From Psammoneis japonica (taxonomy: Eukaryota), in contig QPGO01000063.1 in assembly GCA_008632985.1 (NCBI GenBank), positions 248,001 through 312,000 of the forward strand: a stretch of DNA of 64,000 nucleotides, given 5' to 3'. The position numbers and the translations under genes are program-made. Under the pieces are notes generated by a model that saw only the letters and a list, made by a program, of their open reading frames with translations, had not been told where the DNA came from and ran no database searches. Numbering within the stretch: the stretch's first letter is position 1; each line of letters starts with the position of its first letter. This document shows positions 62,826 to 64,000 of this stretch, one piece after another.

Positions 62826-64000
62826 TGTAACTGGCTAGCAGGGGGGTCAGACGGTCGGTGATGACGTTTCGTCACTTATAGGGGTCATTTCATTACTTAA
62901 AGGGTTCGTTGAGTGCCGAGGCGAGTGACCGGGTGCCGAGGCGAGTGATGCAGTGTCTCGCACCTTATTTTTCTGATATATAGTATTAATGACCCTATTA
63001 GATATAACGGAAGCCGTTGTAACGGGCTTCGCTGAAAGCGACCCTCGTTACCTCGGTCTTTCGCTCACAATTTTGTCATCACTGAAGTCTTTATCTCGTA
63101 AAACCTTGCACTGTAATTACAGTCGATTTAAAGAACTGGATGGAGACTAGGAATAATACAAACAAATTGACTAAACGTGAGAAAAGAGAACTACGCGCAA
63201 GAGCAGCAGTTTGGGCTGTTGAGCACCAGAAACAAGTGCAACAACGTAAACGACACGAACAGAATTTGGCGAGCCGAGTGCATCATTTGGAGTCAAAGGT
63301 AGAGTCCCTGGAGAGGACCATTGAACAATTGCATTCCCTTTTTCATGATGAGTGAATCGTTGAAGGAGCCTTGCATTAGCCATGAAGCCAAATTTGAGCA
63401 TTCTGACTTGGAGGAAGTGAAATTGACCCAATCGCATGATGACGGCAGCACTCGTACAAAAAAAGTGTCCGCGTTTTGATGGTGCTCATGGTGTTGAAGC
63501 ATTGTCATTCGTTGAGGATCGTTTTCGTAAAAATTGCTGTGAAATTGGAGCACACTGCTGGCGAGGAATTGTTCGAAAATTTCGAGGAAGTGCTTGCGGA
63601 TGCTGCAGAGGACAAGTGGGCGAACTTGACCAATGCAGTTGACGATGCCGATAAAACTGTCGAGCGTTTTGATCAGGAAATCAATCGTTTTTACTTGTCT
63701 TATTGTGATGATGAAGCGCGTGACACTTTGATTGAACATTTGCCAACTTTGAAAAAACCATTCAAATCTGAAGTGCAGGCGCATGCAGATCGCATGGAAA
63801 CCCTGATTCGGTGCTCCAACAAACTTCCAGGAAATGCTCCTCAAGTCAACGAAGCTCAGAAGAAAAAGATGATGTTCGACAGCTTTCCTCGTCCGTGGCA
63901 TGAGATGTGTGCTCGAGCAGGACGAGCGACAGCGAACGACACTCTCGCTGAGATCATCAGCCACATGAACAACGAGAAATCTTTTGCTGACAAGAGCAGC
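62826..64000 (+). mobile_element. Ty3/gypsy-like LTR retrotransposon 5' part: putative LTR 62826-63121, small coiled-coil ORF 63140-63355, frameshifted gag from 63345
   Basis: TGTAA...TTACA termini. gag-like ELFENFEEVL...KW...LKKPF...HADRMETL...LPG...KKMMFDSFPRPW...LAEIISHM. No canonical tRNA PBS was seen. Confidence 0.65.

Overview
Eukaryotic DNA, most likely from a diatom. This is inferred from short GT-AG introns, bipartite signal peptide + A/G-F plastid presequences, and CoDi-type copia, CryptonS and CRE-like elements. About 11 host genes lie in islands: a Cys-repeat protein, a sulfotransferase, a RETSAT-like oxidoreductase, a PhyH dioxygenase, a DUF2214 protein, WDR24, WDR75, three other plastid-targeted proteins and a Pro/Thr-rich membrane protein. 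Between them are nests of dead transposons (copia x3, Crypton, piggyBac, CRE-like LINE, gypsy, Kolobok- and piggyBac-type MITEs). The main signal is a repeat-restricted, directional mutational process that converts TpA to TpG/CpA (A:T>G:C) on top of the familiar CpG to TpG/CpA decay. It is the reverse of fungal RIP. It replaces almost every Tyr codon with Cys or His, erases TAA/TAG, has sharp borders at genes, and can be polarised with paired copies inside this window. All calls are by eye; no database search or dinucleotide count was run.
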